From a virus (Duplodnaviria > Heunggongvirae > Uroviricota > Caudoviricetes), in the IMG/VR virus record IMGVR_UViG_3300035682_000015: a stretch of DNA of 64,000 nucleotides; one strand, given 5' to 3'. Under the pieces are notes generated by a model, which searched no databases, was not told the origin of the DNA, and worked only from the letters and a program-made list of their open reading frames with translations. The translations under genes were made by a program, and so were the position numbers. This document shows, in pieces, positions 27,691-36,790 of the stretch; positions within the stretch are counted from its first letter, which is position 1; each line of letters starts with the position of its first letter.

Positions 27691-28217
27691 TGAAAAACAT
27701 TTATTTAATTCCGACAGATAAACGGACTCGATTACATTATGACCACACCGGTTTATTTTTATCTCACCATTATCAGGTAAGTAAGGAGATTAATTCAATT
27801 GTTGAAGGCAGATATATCTACATTACATCGGATGAATACATTGGGTTGAATTGGTATATTGATGGTGGCTGGGTAAGAAAGGGTGTTATTGATGATAAGG
27901 ATTATTGGTCTGTTAGAAAGGATTATAAAAAAATCGTTATAACCAATGACCCCAAGTTAATTAAGGATGGCGTTCAGGATATTGGGGACGGTGTGATGGA
28001 TTGGTTCATTGAGAACCCCACCTGTGAATACTTCAATATTGAACAGTACAATTCATATGGGATTGATAATTGGAAGTACTTGGTAACTCTTCCAACGGAT
28101 AAGATTGACTTTGAAAAGGAGTTATCTAAATGGGGTTACAATAAGGGTAATTCAATTGACGTTGAGATTTTGGTTAATGAGATACTTCCAAAATTATTTG
28201 AACAATTTAAAAAATAA
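27690..28217 (+). CDS. modular paralog 1 (N-module MKNIYLIPTDK + diverged central module)
   Basis: Tandem array member. Confidence 0.55.
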   Translation: MKNIYLIPTDKRTRLHYDHTGLFLSHHYQVSKEINSIVEGRYIYITSDEYIGLNWYIDGGWVRKGVIDDKDYWSVRKDYKKIVITNDPKLIKDGVQDIGDGVMDWFIENPTCEYFNIEQYNSYGIDNWKYLVTLPTDKIDFEKELSKWGYNKGNSIDVEILVNEILPKLFEQFKK

Positions 28218-28225
28218 ATAAGATT

Positions 28226-29071
28226 ATGAAAAACATACACGTATTAGGAACAGATAAACCAACTTTTTTACATAAAAGTACAAAAACAGGTATTTTAATG
28301 AAATCATCCGCTTGTATTAATGATATGAAACAAGCACAAGGAATGAACATTTACATCACTTCTGATGAAATAGTTACAAAATATTCAAATGGTTTGTATT
28401 TTATTGATATTTACACAAACACAAGACATATATTTTCACCGATTTATATTAATAAAGATACTATTGCTTTTGGAAAATTTCACACATATATGAATGATGG
28501 TGGTATGTGTAAAAAAATCATCCTAACAACAGACCAAGACTTAATCAAAAATGGTGTACAAGCTATTGATGATGAGTTTTTAGAATGGTTTGTTAAAAAT
28601 CCAAGTTGTGAAAAAATTAGAACTTATTTGACTAAAGTTTTACAAAGTGGTAATCCAACATTTTATAAAGATGATTACAGAATAATCATTCCAAAAGAAG
28701 AACATAAATGTACTTGTGAAAATGGACACCCATATAACAATCTTTGTTGTAAAATACATGGTAAATTCATAAAAGAAGAACCTAAACAAAAATATAAAGA
28801 CTGTAATGGCAATTTAACAGATTGTACTTGTATAGAAGATACTATTGAAATGAAACAAGAAACACTTGAAGAAGTAAGAGATTTATCATATTATAAAGCT
28901 AATGCTGAAGAAGATTATTTAGCAGTTCCAATAAGCGTATTGAGATATATTTCTCAATTAGAGCAACAAGAAAGAAGTTATAGTGAGGAAGATTTAGAAG
29001 TAGCTTATTTTGAAGGTAGAGAAGGATTATATTCATTCAATGATTGGTTTGAACAATTTAAAAAGAAATAA
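28226..29071 (+). CDS. modular paralog 2 (N + central + Cys-rich insert + C-module)
   Basis: MKNIHVLGTDK ... ILTTDQDLIKNGVQAIDDEFLEWFVKNPSCE ... QQERSYSEED..WFEQFKKK. Confidence 0.55.
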   Translation: MKNIHVLGTDKPTFLHKSTKTGILMKSSACINDMKQAQGMNIYITSDEIVTKYSNGLYFIDIYTNTRHIFSPIYINKDTIAFGKFHTYMNDGGMCKKIILTTDQDLIKNGVQAIDDEFLEWFVKNPSCEKIRTYLTKVLQSGNPTFYKDDYRIIIPKEEHKCTCENGHPYNNLCCKIHGKFIKEEPKQKYKDCNGNLTDCTCIEDTIEMKQETLEEVRDLSYYKANAEEDYLAVPISVLRYISQLEQQERSYSEEDLEVAYFEGREGLYSFNDWFEQFKKK

Positions 29072-29075
29072 AATT

Positions 29076-30035
29076 ATGAAAAACATACACATTTTACCAA
29101 CAGATAAACCAAGTAGGTTATGGATGACTAAATTAGGTAATCTAACAAGATGCCACGATATAAAACCTATTAAAGAAGCATTAGGAAATAATGTAAATAA
29201 CTACATCACTTCTGATGAAGAAATTAAAGAAGGAAATTGGTTTGTAAAACCTAAATATTCAAAAGCAATTAAAATTGGATATGAGATTAGTCAAGCTGAT
29301 TCATCTTTTTTTGGAGGGTATGGTTATGATTGGACTGATTGTAAAAAAATCATCTTAACAACAGACCAAGACTTAATCAAAGACGGTGTACAAGCTATTG
29401 ATGATGAGTTTTTAGAATGGTTTGTTAAAAATCCAAGTTGTGAGTTTGTTGAATTGAATAGAAACTATAATCGGGGTAATGGAAAATATTATTACAAAAT
29501 CATCATTCCAAAAGAAGAAGCTAAACAATTATTTACAGACTACCCAATTATTGAATTAGGTGATGACGAATTTAAAGAAGCACCAATAAGAGAATGTGAA
29601 TTACTTTCTTTTGATGATGATGATAATAAGTACTGCTATGTAAAAGTAGGAGGTATTGAAAAAGAAATTAAACGTTGTTATATATACCCACAAAAAGGTA
29701 GATGCGGTGACGTTAATTGTGTTTCAATTAAAGAAATAAAAGAGTTGTTAAAAGAAGAACCTAAACAAGATGCTATTGAATATTCATTAAATGCTTTTAA
29801 AGTTCCAAAAGAATATTTTGGAAAACAAGAAACACTTGGAGAAGCATTATCTGAACATATAAAAGATATAAAATATCCTACTCTAATACAATGTGCTAAA
29901 TTTGGTGCTAAATGGCAACAACAGAGAAGTTATAGTGAGGAAGAAGTTTTAGACTTATTACAAGATTTTGCTAATGACTTATCTGATAATGTAATTAATA
30001 TTAAATTTTGGTTTGAAAAATTTAAAAACAAATAA
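29076..30035 (+). CDS. modular paralog 3
   Basis: MKNIHILPTDKPSRL; central module 97% nt-identical to paralog 2. Confidence 0.55.
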   Translation: MKNIHILPTDKPSRLWMTKLGNLTRCHDIKPIKEALGNNVNNYITSDEEIKEGNWFVKPKYSKAIKIGYEISQADSSFFGGYGYDWTDCKKIILTTDQDLIKDGVQAIDDEFLEWFVKNPSCEFVELNRNYNRGNGKYYYKIIIPKEEAKQLFTDYPIIELGDDEFKEAPIRECELLSFDDDDNKYCYVKVGGIEKEIKRCYIYPQKGRCGDVNCVSIKEIKELLKEEPKQDAIEYSLNAFKVPKEYFGKQETLGEALSEHIKDIKYPTLIQCAKFGAKWQQQRSYSEEEVLDLLQDFANDLSDNVINIKFWFEKFKNK

Positions 30036-30036
30036 G

Positions 30037-30261
30037 ATGAAAGAAACACTTGAAGAAGCTGCTGAAAGAAGATTTCCAAGTAAAACGGAAATGTACGATG
30101 TTTTTATTGAAGGCTCTAAATGGCAACAAGAACAAGACAAGAATAAGTATAGTGAGGAAGATATGCACAATTTAATGGATGAATACCAAAATTGGTTATT
30201 TAATACTAATACCGTAGTATTAACTTTTAGAGAATGGTTTGAACAATTTAAAAACAAATAA
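30037..30261 (+). CDS. stand-alone C-module protein
   Basis: KWQQEQDKNKYSEEDM...WFEQFKNK. Confidence 0.45.
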   Translation: MKETLEEAAERRFPSKTEMYDVFIEGSKWQQEQDKNKYSEEDMHNLMDEYQNWLFNTNTVVLTFREWFEQFKNK

Positions 30262-30265
30262 AATT

Positions 30266-31276
30266 ATGAAAAACGTACACGTACTACCAACAGATAAAAC
30301 GAGTAGGTTAGTTTTAGATGTAAACAATAATTTAGCATTAGCCTTTAATAAATCTATTGAAGAAAATGCGCTGTATAAAAGAACCATCTACATCACTAAT
30401 GATGAAGAAATTAAAGAAAATACCAATGTAAAAGACAAATGGGTAATTTCTGAATATGGTTTTGTTGTAAAAGCAGATAGGATTGAAAACAATTACCTTA
30501 TACACTCAACTGGAGGTTCTAATTTTTTACATCATTATAAATTTATAATTATGACAACAGACCCTCAACTTATTCAAGATGGTGTACAACCTATTGATGA
30601 TGAGTTTTTAGAATTTATAGTTAAGAATCCAAGTTGTGAGTGGGTTGAGGTTGACAAAAATTGGAATTACCCATTAGATAAAAGTTGGGAATATAAATTA
30701 AGAATCATTCCAAAAGAAGAACCTAAACAACTATTTACAAAAGGAGATAAAGTATTGTTTACAGGAAAAATGTTAGATGAAAATGTTGTTGATAAAGTAG
30801 TAACAGTATTTTATACATTAGGTAGAGGAGAGATAGATGATATGTCAGATATAATGGATGAATACACTCACGTTTATAGAGTTTGGAATAAAGATTTAAA
30901 ACACACTTCAAAAGAAGAACCATTAAGTTTTGAAGAATTTAGAAAAATTGCTTCTAAAGAATTACTTGAAAAATTTGATACTGATTGTTTAGAATATTCA
31001 GAAGATGGAGATTTTGATAATTACTTTTACGCTAATTGTAAATATTGGGAAAGTAAACTAAAAGAAGAACCTAAACAAGAATTTGGTTATACTACTAAGA
31101 TGGGTGTTGAGGTTAAGGATGAGATGGTTAGACCACTTATGGTTCCAAAGAAATATTTTGGTGAGGTGGAACATCCGGATTATAGTTCAGTGTTTGATTT
31201 TTTATCCGATAAGGATTACTTAACAGACAAACGAGAAGTTATTGAGAAAGAATTTAAAGAATATTTAAAAAAATAA
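30266..31276 (+). CDS. modular paralog 4
   Basis: MKNVHVLPTDKTSRL; PKEEPKQ linkers x2. Confidence 0.55.
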   Translation: MKNVHVLPTDKTSRLVLDVNNNLALAFNKSIEENALYKRTIYITNDEEIKENTNVKDKWVISEYGFVVKADRIENNYLIHSTGGSNFLHHYKFIIMTTDPQLIQDGVQPIDDEFLEFIVKNPSCEWVEVDKNWNYPLDKSWEYKLRIIPKEEPKQLFTKGDKVLFTGKMLDENVVDKVVTVFYTLGRGEIDDMSDIMDEYTHVYRVWNKDLKHTSKEEPLSFEEFRKIASKELLEKFDTDCLEYSEDGDFDNYFYANCKYWESKLKEEPKQEFGYTTKMGVEVKDEMVRPLMVPKKYFGEVEHPDYSSVFDFLSDKDYLTDKREVIEKEFKEYLKK

Positions 31277-31279
31277 AAT

Positions 31280-31753
31280 ATGAGTAAATGTTATGACAAC
31301 CCCGAGTTTGACGACCAAGAACCTGAAACACAAAATACATGGAAACAATCTATACCAAAAGACAATTTTGACAATGCTTTGGAAAGTTTCAAGGAATCGT
31401 TAATTAAGAAGTGTGACCCCACCCTTAGTGAGAAGTTGGAAAAGGTTGTCTCTAAGGAACCAAGTAAGTTTTGGTCCGAGAGTGATGAGAGGGTTAGAAT
31501 TAAAGAAGAGAAAAAACTTAGAGAGGCGTTTGATGAAATATACGACTCAATTGATTTTAGAGAATTTGACTTTGCGTCGTTTAAGTTGGGAGTTAAATGG
31601 GGACAACAACAAGACGAGAATAAGTATAGTGAGGAAGATATGAGAGATGCTCATCAAATGGGTGCTATTTTTGCTTATGGAAAAAAGGAAGTAACAAGAG
31701 AGGATAGAGTAAAACATTTTGAGGGATGGTTTAATCAAATTAAAAATAAATAA
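31280..31753 (+). CDS. protein with C-module
   Basis: KWGQQQDENKYSEEDM...WFNQIKNK. Confidence 0.5.
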   Translation: MSKCYDNPEFDDQEPETQNTWKQSIPKDNFDNALESFKESLIKKCDPTLSEKLEKVVSKEPSKFWSESDERVRIKEEKKLREAFDEIYDSIDFREFDFASFKLGVKWGQQQDENKYSEEDMRDAHQMGAIFAYGKKEVTREDRVKHFEGWFNQIKNK

Positions 31754-32367
31754 TGGAGTATTGTGAATTACCTAAGGATTCGTTATTAACGAAACTACCC
31801 AATTTTAATTATGTTGGTGAGGATAAGAAGAGATTGAATGTTGTAATTGCCGGTGGTGCTGTCCGGGATAGTTTATTTGGTGACGATTATAGTGATATCG
31901 ACATATTTGGTCTTACCAAAGGTGAATTAGATTCATTTGTGGAGATAAATCTGTCAAAATCACAAGGATATAAGATGGTTTATTTCAACGAGAACCTAAG
32001 AACTTACAGAAAAGGGAAGATTAAGGTTCAAATTATCTACCGAGAGTACGAAAAACTAACAGATATTATTGATTTGTTTGATTTTACCGTATGTCAGTTT
32101 ATGTATGACGGTGAAAAGGTCATTTGTAACCCCTCCGGAATACTAGATGTTCATCATAAGAGGATTATTATCAACCATTTGGAACCTTTATTTGTTTTTG
32201 ATTCGTTAAGACGGGTTCAAAAGTACGTTCAGAAGGGATATACTATCTGTAATGGGGGAATTAAGGACATTTTGGACAAATGTCGGGAATTAACACAGGA
32301 ACAATACGACGAAAACGTAGAATTTTACCCAAATACTGAGGAATATAGGATAATTAGGTTCGATTAA
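31753..32367 (+). CDS. polymerase-beta-type nucleotidyltransferase, CCA/poly(A)-polymerase head-domain-like
   Basis: VVIAGGAVRDSLFGDDYSDIDIF matches the hGGxVRD...DhDh signature of tRNA nucleotidyltransferase/PcnB head domain. Confidence 0.55.
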   Translation: MEYCELPKDSLLTKLPNFNYVGEDKKRLNVVIAGGAVRDSLFGDDYSDIDIFGLTKGELDSFVEINLSKSQGYKMVYFNENLRTYRKGKIKVQIIYREYEKLTDIIDLFDFTVCQFMYDGEKVICNPSGILDVHHKRIIINHLEPLFVFDSLRRVQKYVQKGYTICNGGIKDILDKCRELTQEQYDENVEFYPNTEEYRIIRFD

Positions 32368-32385
32368 AATTAAAAAAAATAAGAT

Positions 32386-32556
32386 ATGAAAACAATTTTG
32401 TGGTTTATAGTTAGTCATTTGGTGTTATATGTGTTGGGAAGTTTTATTGCTTGGGATTTGAACCCTTTGAATTGGTGGTTATTCACCTCATCCTTTGGTA
32501 GGGTGTTGTTTGTTATTATTGAATTGTTTTGGATTGGTAATTCTTTGAGTGATTAA
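32386..32556 (+). CDS. small membrane peptide
   Basis: 56 aa, two hydrophobic segments. Confidence 0.3.
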   Translation: MKTILWFIVSHLVLYVLGSFIAWDLNPLNWWLFTSSFGRVLFVIIELFWIGNSLSD

Positions 32557-32595
32557 CCCTTTTTTATTTCAAAATAATTTATTATACTTGTTACT

Positions 32596-33000
32596 ATGGA
32601 AATAGAAGAATCAAAATTAACGACTGAGGAGATTAGACAATTATATGATAATGCCTTCAAAAGAGAGATTGTGTTACCTGAAACATATAAACTTGTGATA
32701 TCAAAAATGTGTTCTGAGATTGAAGAGGTTTTGGTTCAGGGTTATGATACTACCACGGTATATAATCCAAATAATTTTGAACCGATGAAGAGATTTTTGG
32801 TAAATGTTAATATTCGATTTAAACCGGAATGTGCCATTTCTGGAAATAAGAAAAAATATGAAGAACAATTAAACAATTATTTCACAATGACTTTTGGTAG
32901 TCAGATTGATTTTATTAAGTTCAGTGTTCTATCATTCATTATCCCTCCCGAGAAGAGTAATGAAGATAAATTTTTTGAATTGTTTGGTATAAATAAATAA
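32596..33000 (+). CDS. hypothetical protein
   Basis: 134 aa. Confidence 0.5.
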   Translation: MEIEESKLTTEEIRQLYDNAFKREIVLPETYKLVISKMCSEIEEVLVQGYDTTTVYNPNNFEPMKRFLVNVNIRFKPECAISGNKKKYEEQLNNYFTMTFGSQIDFIKFSVLSFIIPPEKSNEDKFFELFGINK

Positions 33001-33009
33001 ATAAATATT

Positions 33010-33225
33010 ATGAGTGAATTAGTTAATGTCGGTAAGACAATGAAGGGAACCTATCAACAAATTTGTGATGGAGGATTTTTGACCCAATTCCCGGGGTCAG
33101 AGTTTAGAAATGAATCCAAGATAACAGGATTCGGTGATGTGTATGTTAAAAGTGATTTGGTTCAAACTTTTAATGAATTGAAAGAACAAATGACTGAGGC
33201 TAACGGAAGTTTCCCCATTTTGTAA
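33010..33225 (+). CDS. hypothetical small protein
   Basis: 71 aa, followed by C-rich element. Confidence 0.45.
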   Translation: MSELVNVGKTMKGTYQQICDGGFLTQFPGSEFRNESKITGFGDVYVKSDLVQTFNELKEQMTEANGSFPIL

Positions 33226-33226
33226 C

Positions 33227-33277
33227 CCATACTCCCTCCGGTCGATTTCAAACCCCCTCTCCTTTTTTGGTGTTGGG
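33227..33277 (+). repeat. conserved C-rich post-gene element, copy 3
   Basis: see 25403. Confidence 0.65.
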
Positions 33278-33291
33278 GGATATTTATTTAT

Positions 33292-33609
33292 ATGGGTAAG
33301 AAGAAACAAATCGTGTTTAAGTATTTTGATATAATATATTCCAGTTATAAGAAACATGGGAGACGGTCAATAAATATGAAATCACCTCACGTTCTATTTG
33401 AATATATGGATGATAATGGTCGTACCGCTTTTGATTATGACACAGAAAGAGAATCAATACAATTTGATTATGGTGATTTTTACACCGCCCAAAAAATGTT
33501 TGGGGTTTCTATACCTGATTTGGTGGATATCTGTAAAGAATATGTTGCCAATAAATTTGATATACCTAAAGCAGCCAATTCAAGTTTTCTTCCTAAAAGA
33601 TTAAATTAA
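33292..33609 (+). CDS. family-D paralog (xVFKYFD...)
   Basis: Paralogous to 35799 and 37192 genes; preceded by TGGGGGATATTTATTTATATG. Confidence 0.5.
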   Translation: MGKKKQIVFKYFDIIYSSYKKHGRRSINMKSPHVLFEYMDDNGRTAFDYDTERESIQFDYGDFYTAQKMFGVSIPDLVDICKEYVANKFDIPKAANSSFLPKRLN

Positions 33610-33610
33610 T

Positions 33611-33976
33611 ATGAAACTAATAATAACAGAAAATAAATTTAAGAGTTTAATAAATCGGGTGGTAGGATATGATTTGTCCGACCATATTGAGATGATTACC
33701 AATTGGATTGAATTGGGTTCCGAAGGTCAAAAATTATTTACAGATGGTAGAGATGAGCTTAGATGGTTACTTAATAATTTTGGTCCGATGTATTTATTTA
33801 CAATTGATGATAAAAAGTATCTTGTACAAAATCAAAATAAGGAATATGGTTGGTTAATTTTAAGTTATGAGAAAAATAGGAGAATTAATGAAGATGATTT
33901 TCTAAAAATTCTTGGTATTCGTTCATTGGGAATTGATTTTTTAAATAAAATAATCAATGAATTTGTTGAAGAATGA
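33611..33976 (+). CDS. MKIIITE-leader family protein
   Basis: MKLIITENKFKSLINRVVG. Confidence 0.5.
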   Translation: MKLIITENKFKSLINRVVGYDLSDHIEMITNWIELGSEGQKLFTDGRDELRWLLNNFGPMYLFTIDDKKYLVQNQNKEYGWLILSYEKNRRINEDDFLKILGIRSLGIDFLNKIINEFVEE

Positions 33977-34293
33977 AAATACTAATAACTGAGAGACAGA
34001 GTAAATTATTAATGGAGAATTTACCGCCAGGAATCCGTAGAAGGTATAATTATAATACGATTAAAGACCATTTGGATTTTACCGTTATAGAGTCCATTAG
34101 CCCTTGTGATTATTTTGGTTCAAGTTATTTTATTACTGAGATGTGTAATATGATTACGAATGATTTAATTGAGGATTTTGAAGATGAAACCCAACAAATT
34201 TTGACCTCAAAAGTTAAAGATAATATGTATTATTTTATTGTTGATAATTTTGCGGACTATCTTCAAGATATTTACGATAAACAATGCCAATAA
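33973..34293 (+). CDS. MKIIITE-leader family protein
   Basis: MKILITERQSKLLMENL. Confidence 0.5.
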   Translation: MKILITERQSKLLMENLPPGIRRRYNYNTIKDHLDFTVIESISPCDYFGSSYFITEMCNMITNDLIEDFEDETQQILTSKVKDNMYYFIVDNFADYLQDIYDKQCQ

Positions 34294-34319
34294 CCATATA
34301 TTTATATTAAACAATTAAA

Positions 34320-34784
34320 ATGAAAAAAATTATAAAATTAACGGAATCTGATTTAAGAAATATTGTGATGAGAATCATTAACGAACAATTTGATTCTGAA
34401 TACTACGACATTATTTTGGATTTATATAACGAAGTTGGGCTTGAGGGTATGACTGATGAAGAAATTAAATATCTGAAAAGTGGTGGTGAGAGCAATGTCC
34501 CTGAAAGATTTTTGGGTGGTGATTTAAATATTGATTTTGATGACGAATCGGAAGGCGATTATGATGGTCTTGATAGATTCAAAGAAATTATGGATGGTTT
34601 CAATCATAAGATTGTCGATACCGCTCCGGATGGTAAGTTAAGAGTTGTCTTTAAAGAAAGACCTGAGATATTAGAGAAACTTAAAGGTGTGGTTTCCGAA
34701 TCATCAATTGAAGTTAGACAAGGTCATATAATTATTCTTGTTCCTGAGAATTGGACTGATGATATCTTTGGAGAAGAAATATAA
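34320..34784 (+). CDS. acidic protein with LTESDLRNI leader
   Basis: MKKIIKLTESDLRNIVMRIINEQ, same leader as 59994-60230. Confidence 0.5.
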   Translation: MKKIIKLTESDLRNIVMRIINEQFDSEYYDIILDLYNEVGLEGMTDEEIKYLKSGGESNVPERFLGGDLNIDFDDESEGDYDGLDRFKEIMDGFNHKIVDTAPDGKLRVVFKERPEILEKLKGVVSESSIEVRQGHIIILVPENWTDDIFGEEI

Positions 34785-34805
34785 ACATACAAATAAATAA
34801 AAATT

Positions 34806-35201
34806 ATGAATAGAAGTTTTAGTAAAATTAGACACATACAAGAATCCAACATGAGATTGGAACAAAGAATGTTATCGGAACAAGTGACACCAACAACCAC
34901 AAGTGCAGCAACACCTACGATGAACATTACGACAACACCGGCTAAATCTCCAATGTTTGGAACACCTGAACAAAGAGCTGCAGCCAAAGCTAAACGAGAT
35001 ACTCAAGCTCAAAAAAATGAGGCAGCATTTGTAAAGGCGGCTCAAGATGCTGGAATGACAAGAGAAGAATATTCTGATTGGTTAGATAAAGAAAATAAAA
35101 AACCAACTTTAGGTCAAGCTAATCTTAACGATACAGGGAGAAAAGTAAGAAATAATAATCCCCCACCTTGTAAAAGAGGTAAATGTACCGGAGAGAATTA
35201 A
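34806..35201 (+). CDS. hypothetical T/P/A-rich protein
   Basis: 131 aa; locally higher GC. Confidence 0.4.
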   Translation: MNRSFSKIRHIQESNMRLEQRMLSEQVTPTTTSAATPTMNITTTPAKSPMFGTPEQRAAAKAKRDTQAQKNEAAFVKAAQDAGMTREEYSDWLDKENKKPTLGQANLNDTGRKVRNNNPPPCKRGKCTGEN

Positions 35202-35216
35202 GATAGTTAAATTATA

Positions 35217-35243
35217 ACCCCACCTTGACAGTGGGGTTTTTTA
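35217..35243 (+). terminator. intrinsic terminator
   Basis: CCCCAC-loop-GTGGGG + T-run. Confidence 0.65.
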
Positions 35244-35272
35244 TTTGTATCTTTATCTAAAACTTATACATT

Positions 35273-35455
35273 ATGTCAAAACATTATCAGGTAGATTATT
35301 ATTTAATCTATGAAGGAGGGGGTAAAGCGTCTCAATCAACAACACTAATTATGGAATCAGACTCTGATTCGGAAGCAATTAGAAAAATTAAAGGTAAGAA
35401 TAATTTAACATCCAATGTTAAAGAAATTCAAATAATTAAAATAAAAAAATCTTAA
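35273..35455 (+). CDS. hypothetical small protein
   Basis: 60 aa. Confidence 0.35.
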   Translation: MSKHYQVDYYLIYEGGGKASQSTTLIMESDSDSEAIRKIKGKNNLTSNVKEIQIIKIKKS

Positions 35456-35459
35456 CATT

Positions 35460-35744
35460 ATGTCAGAACAAACACCAAAAACAATTGCTGTATTCGCTAC
35501 AGAATATTATGAAACATCAATCACCCGAGAACCGGTAGAATTAAACCTTGATGACTATCCTGAATTGGAAGGTATGACAACACAAGAAGCTATTGATTAT
35601 GTTGAATCAAATGCCTGGGAAATGGCCTCATCAAATCCTGATATGTATGAATCATTGGGAGAAGAGTTAAATGATATGGATATTCGTAGAGATAAAATCA
35701 CGAATGAAACCCAAGAAATCAATGCTGTCGATAAAATGTTTTAA
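35460..35744 (+). CDS. acidic small protein
   Basis: 94 aa. Confidence 0.45.
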   Translation: MSEQTPKTIAVFATEYYETSITREPVELNLDDYPELEGMTTQEAIDYVESNAWEMASSNPDMYESLGEELNDMDIRRDKITNETQEINAVDKMF

Positions 35745-35749
35745 TAAAA

Positions 35750-35786
35750 AAATCCCCAATTATTTTTTAGTTGGGGATTTTTTTAT
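35750..35786 (+). terminator. intrinsic terminator
   Basis: TCCCCAA-loop-TTGGGGA + T7. Confidence 0.65.
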
Positions 35787-35798
35787 TATCTTTGTCGA

Positions 35799-36059
35799 AT
35801 GAAAAAATGGGTGTTCAAATATTTTGATACGTTTTGTTATGGGGAACTAATTGAGGATGAAAAAGACCCTAATTGGACTAAACCAAATTCGTCTTATGAA
35901 GGATTTGGATATTCAATAGATGCAAAATATGTTTTTTACAATCAGTCATTGGAAAATATCGTTTTTTCTATGTTTTGTGTTGGAAGGACTGATTTTAAAA
36001 AATATTTGGGTGAGTGGTTTGAAAGTAGATATGATTTACCGGTATCGTTGGTTTTGTAA
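35799..36059 (+). CDS. family-D paralog
   Basis: MKKWVFKYFD; TATCTTTG 4 nt upstream (leaderless class). Confidence 0.5.
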   Translation: MKKWVFKYFDTFCYGELIEDEKDPNWTKPNSSYEGFGYSIDAKYVFYNQSLENIVFSMFCVGRTDFKKYLGEWFESRYDLPVSLVL

Positions 36060-36076
36060 TTAAAAAAGTTAGAAAT

Positions 36077-36505
36077 ATGAAAAAAGTATTAGTGTTATTA
36101 ATGTTAGGGTTTTTAATAGGTTGTCAAGGAATTCCACCGGACAAAGATTTACATAGTGAAAAAATTTATCTAAGACAATTGGTAAATCGTAATGTAACGG
36201 AAACCCACACATCAGGTATGTTCTTTTTGGTTGCTGGTTCAATGAGTTCTGACACTGAAACTTCTACGGTTGTAAAACTTATGGGTGAGGTTAAAGGGGA
36301 ATATCGGTTTATGCAATTTGATTTTACAAAAGTTAGAATCAGAATTGATAATAAGGTGACCACTCCGTATATTGTTTTGAATTACAATAATCGTGATGTT
36401 GTAGAAACTGATTACCTATTAAAATATCCGTATTATATTGAGAGTATTACCATCGTATGTCCGGAACAATATCTACCTGAGAAATTATTACCAATTCAAA
36501 TATAA
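36077..36505 (+). CDS. lipoprotein
   Basis: Signal + lipobox LIGC. Confidence 0.55.
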   Translation: MKKVLVLLMLGFLIGCQGIPPDKDLHSEKIYLRQLVNRNVTETHTSGMFFLVAGSMSSDTETSTVVKLMGEVKGEYRFMQFDFTKVRIRIDNKVTTPYIVLNYNNRDVVETDYLLKYPYYIESITIVCPEQYLPEKLLPIQI

Positions 36506-36511
36506 AACAAA

Positions 36512-36790
36512 ATGGATGAATTAACAGTCGCGGTAACGTATAGACGAGAAGATAAAAAAAATTATTTTGATATCGCTTTTCCAAAGGGTCAAGAGTTAAT
36601 CTCCGTTAAGGAAGCTACGATGATATTGGCGGCCGGGATGTCTTTATTGATTAAAGCCGGGCATAAAAAAGGTGATGTTAAAGATTATGAAATGTTAGAG
36701 ATGATAGTTGGTTATTTAAATAGTGAGTTTGTTTCTACTGATTCATTTGAGGATGCTACCATTCAACCAAATACATTGAGAGATGAATAA
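36512..36790 (+). CDS. hypothetical protein
   Basis: 92 aa. Confidence 0.45.
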   Translation: MDELTVAVTYRREDKKNYFDIAFPKGQELISVKEATMILAAGMSLLIKAGHKKGDVKDYEMLEMIVGYLNSEFVSTDSFEDATIQPNTLRDE

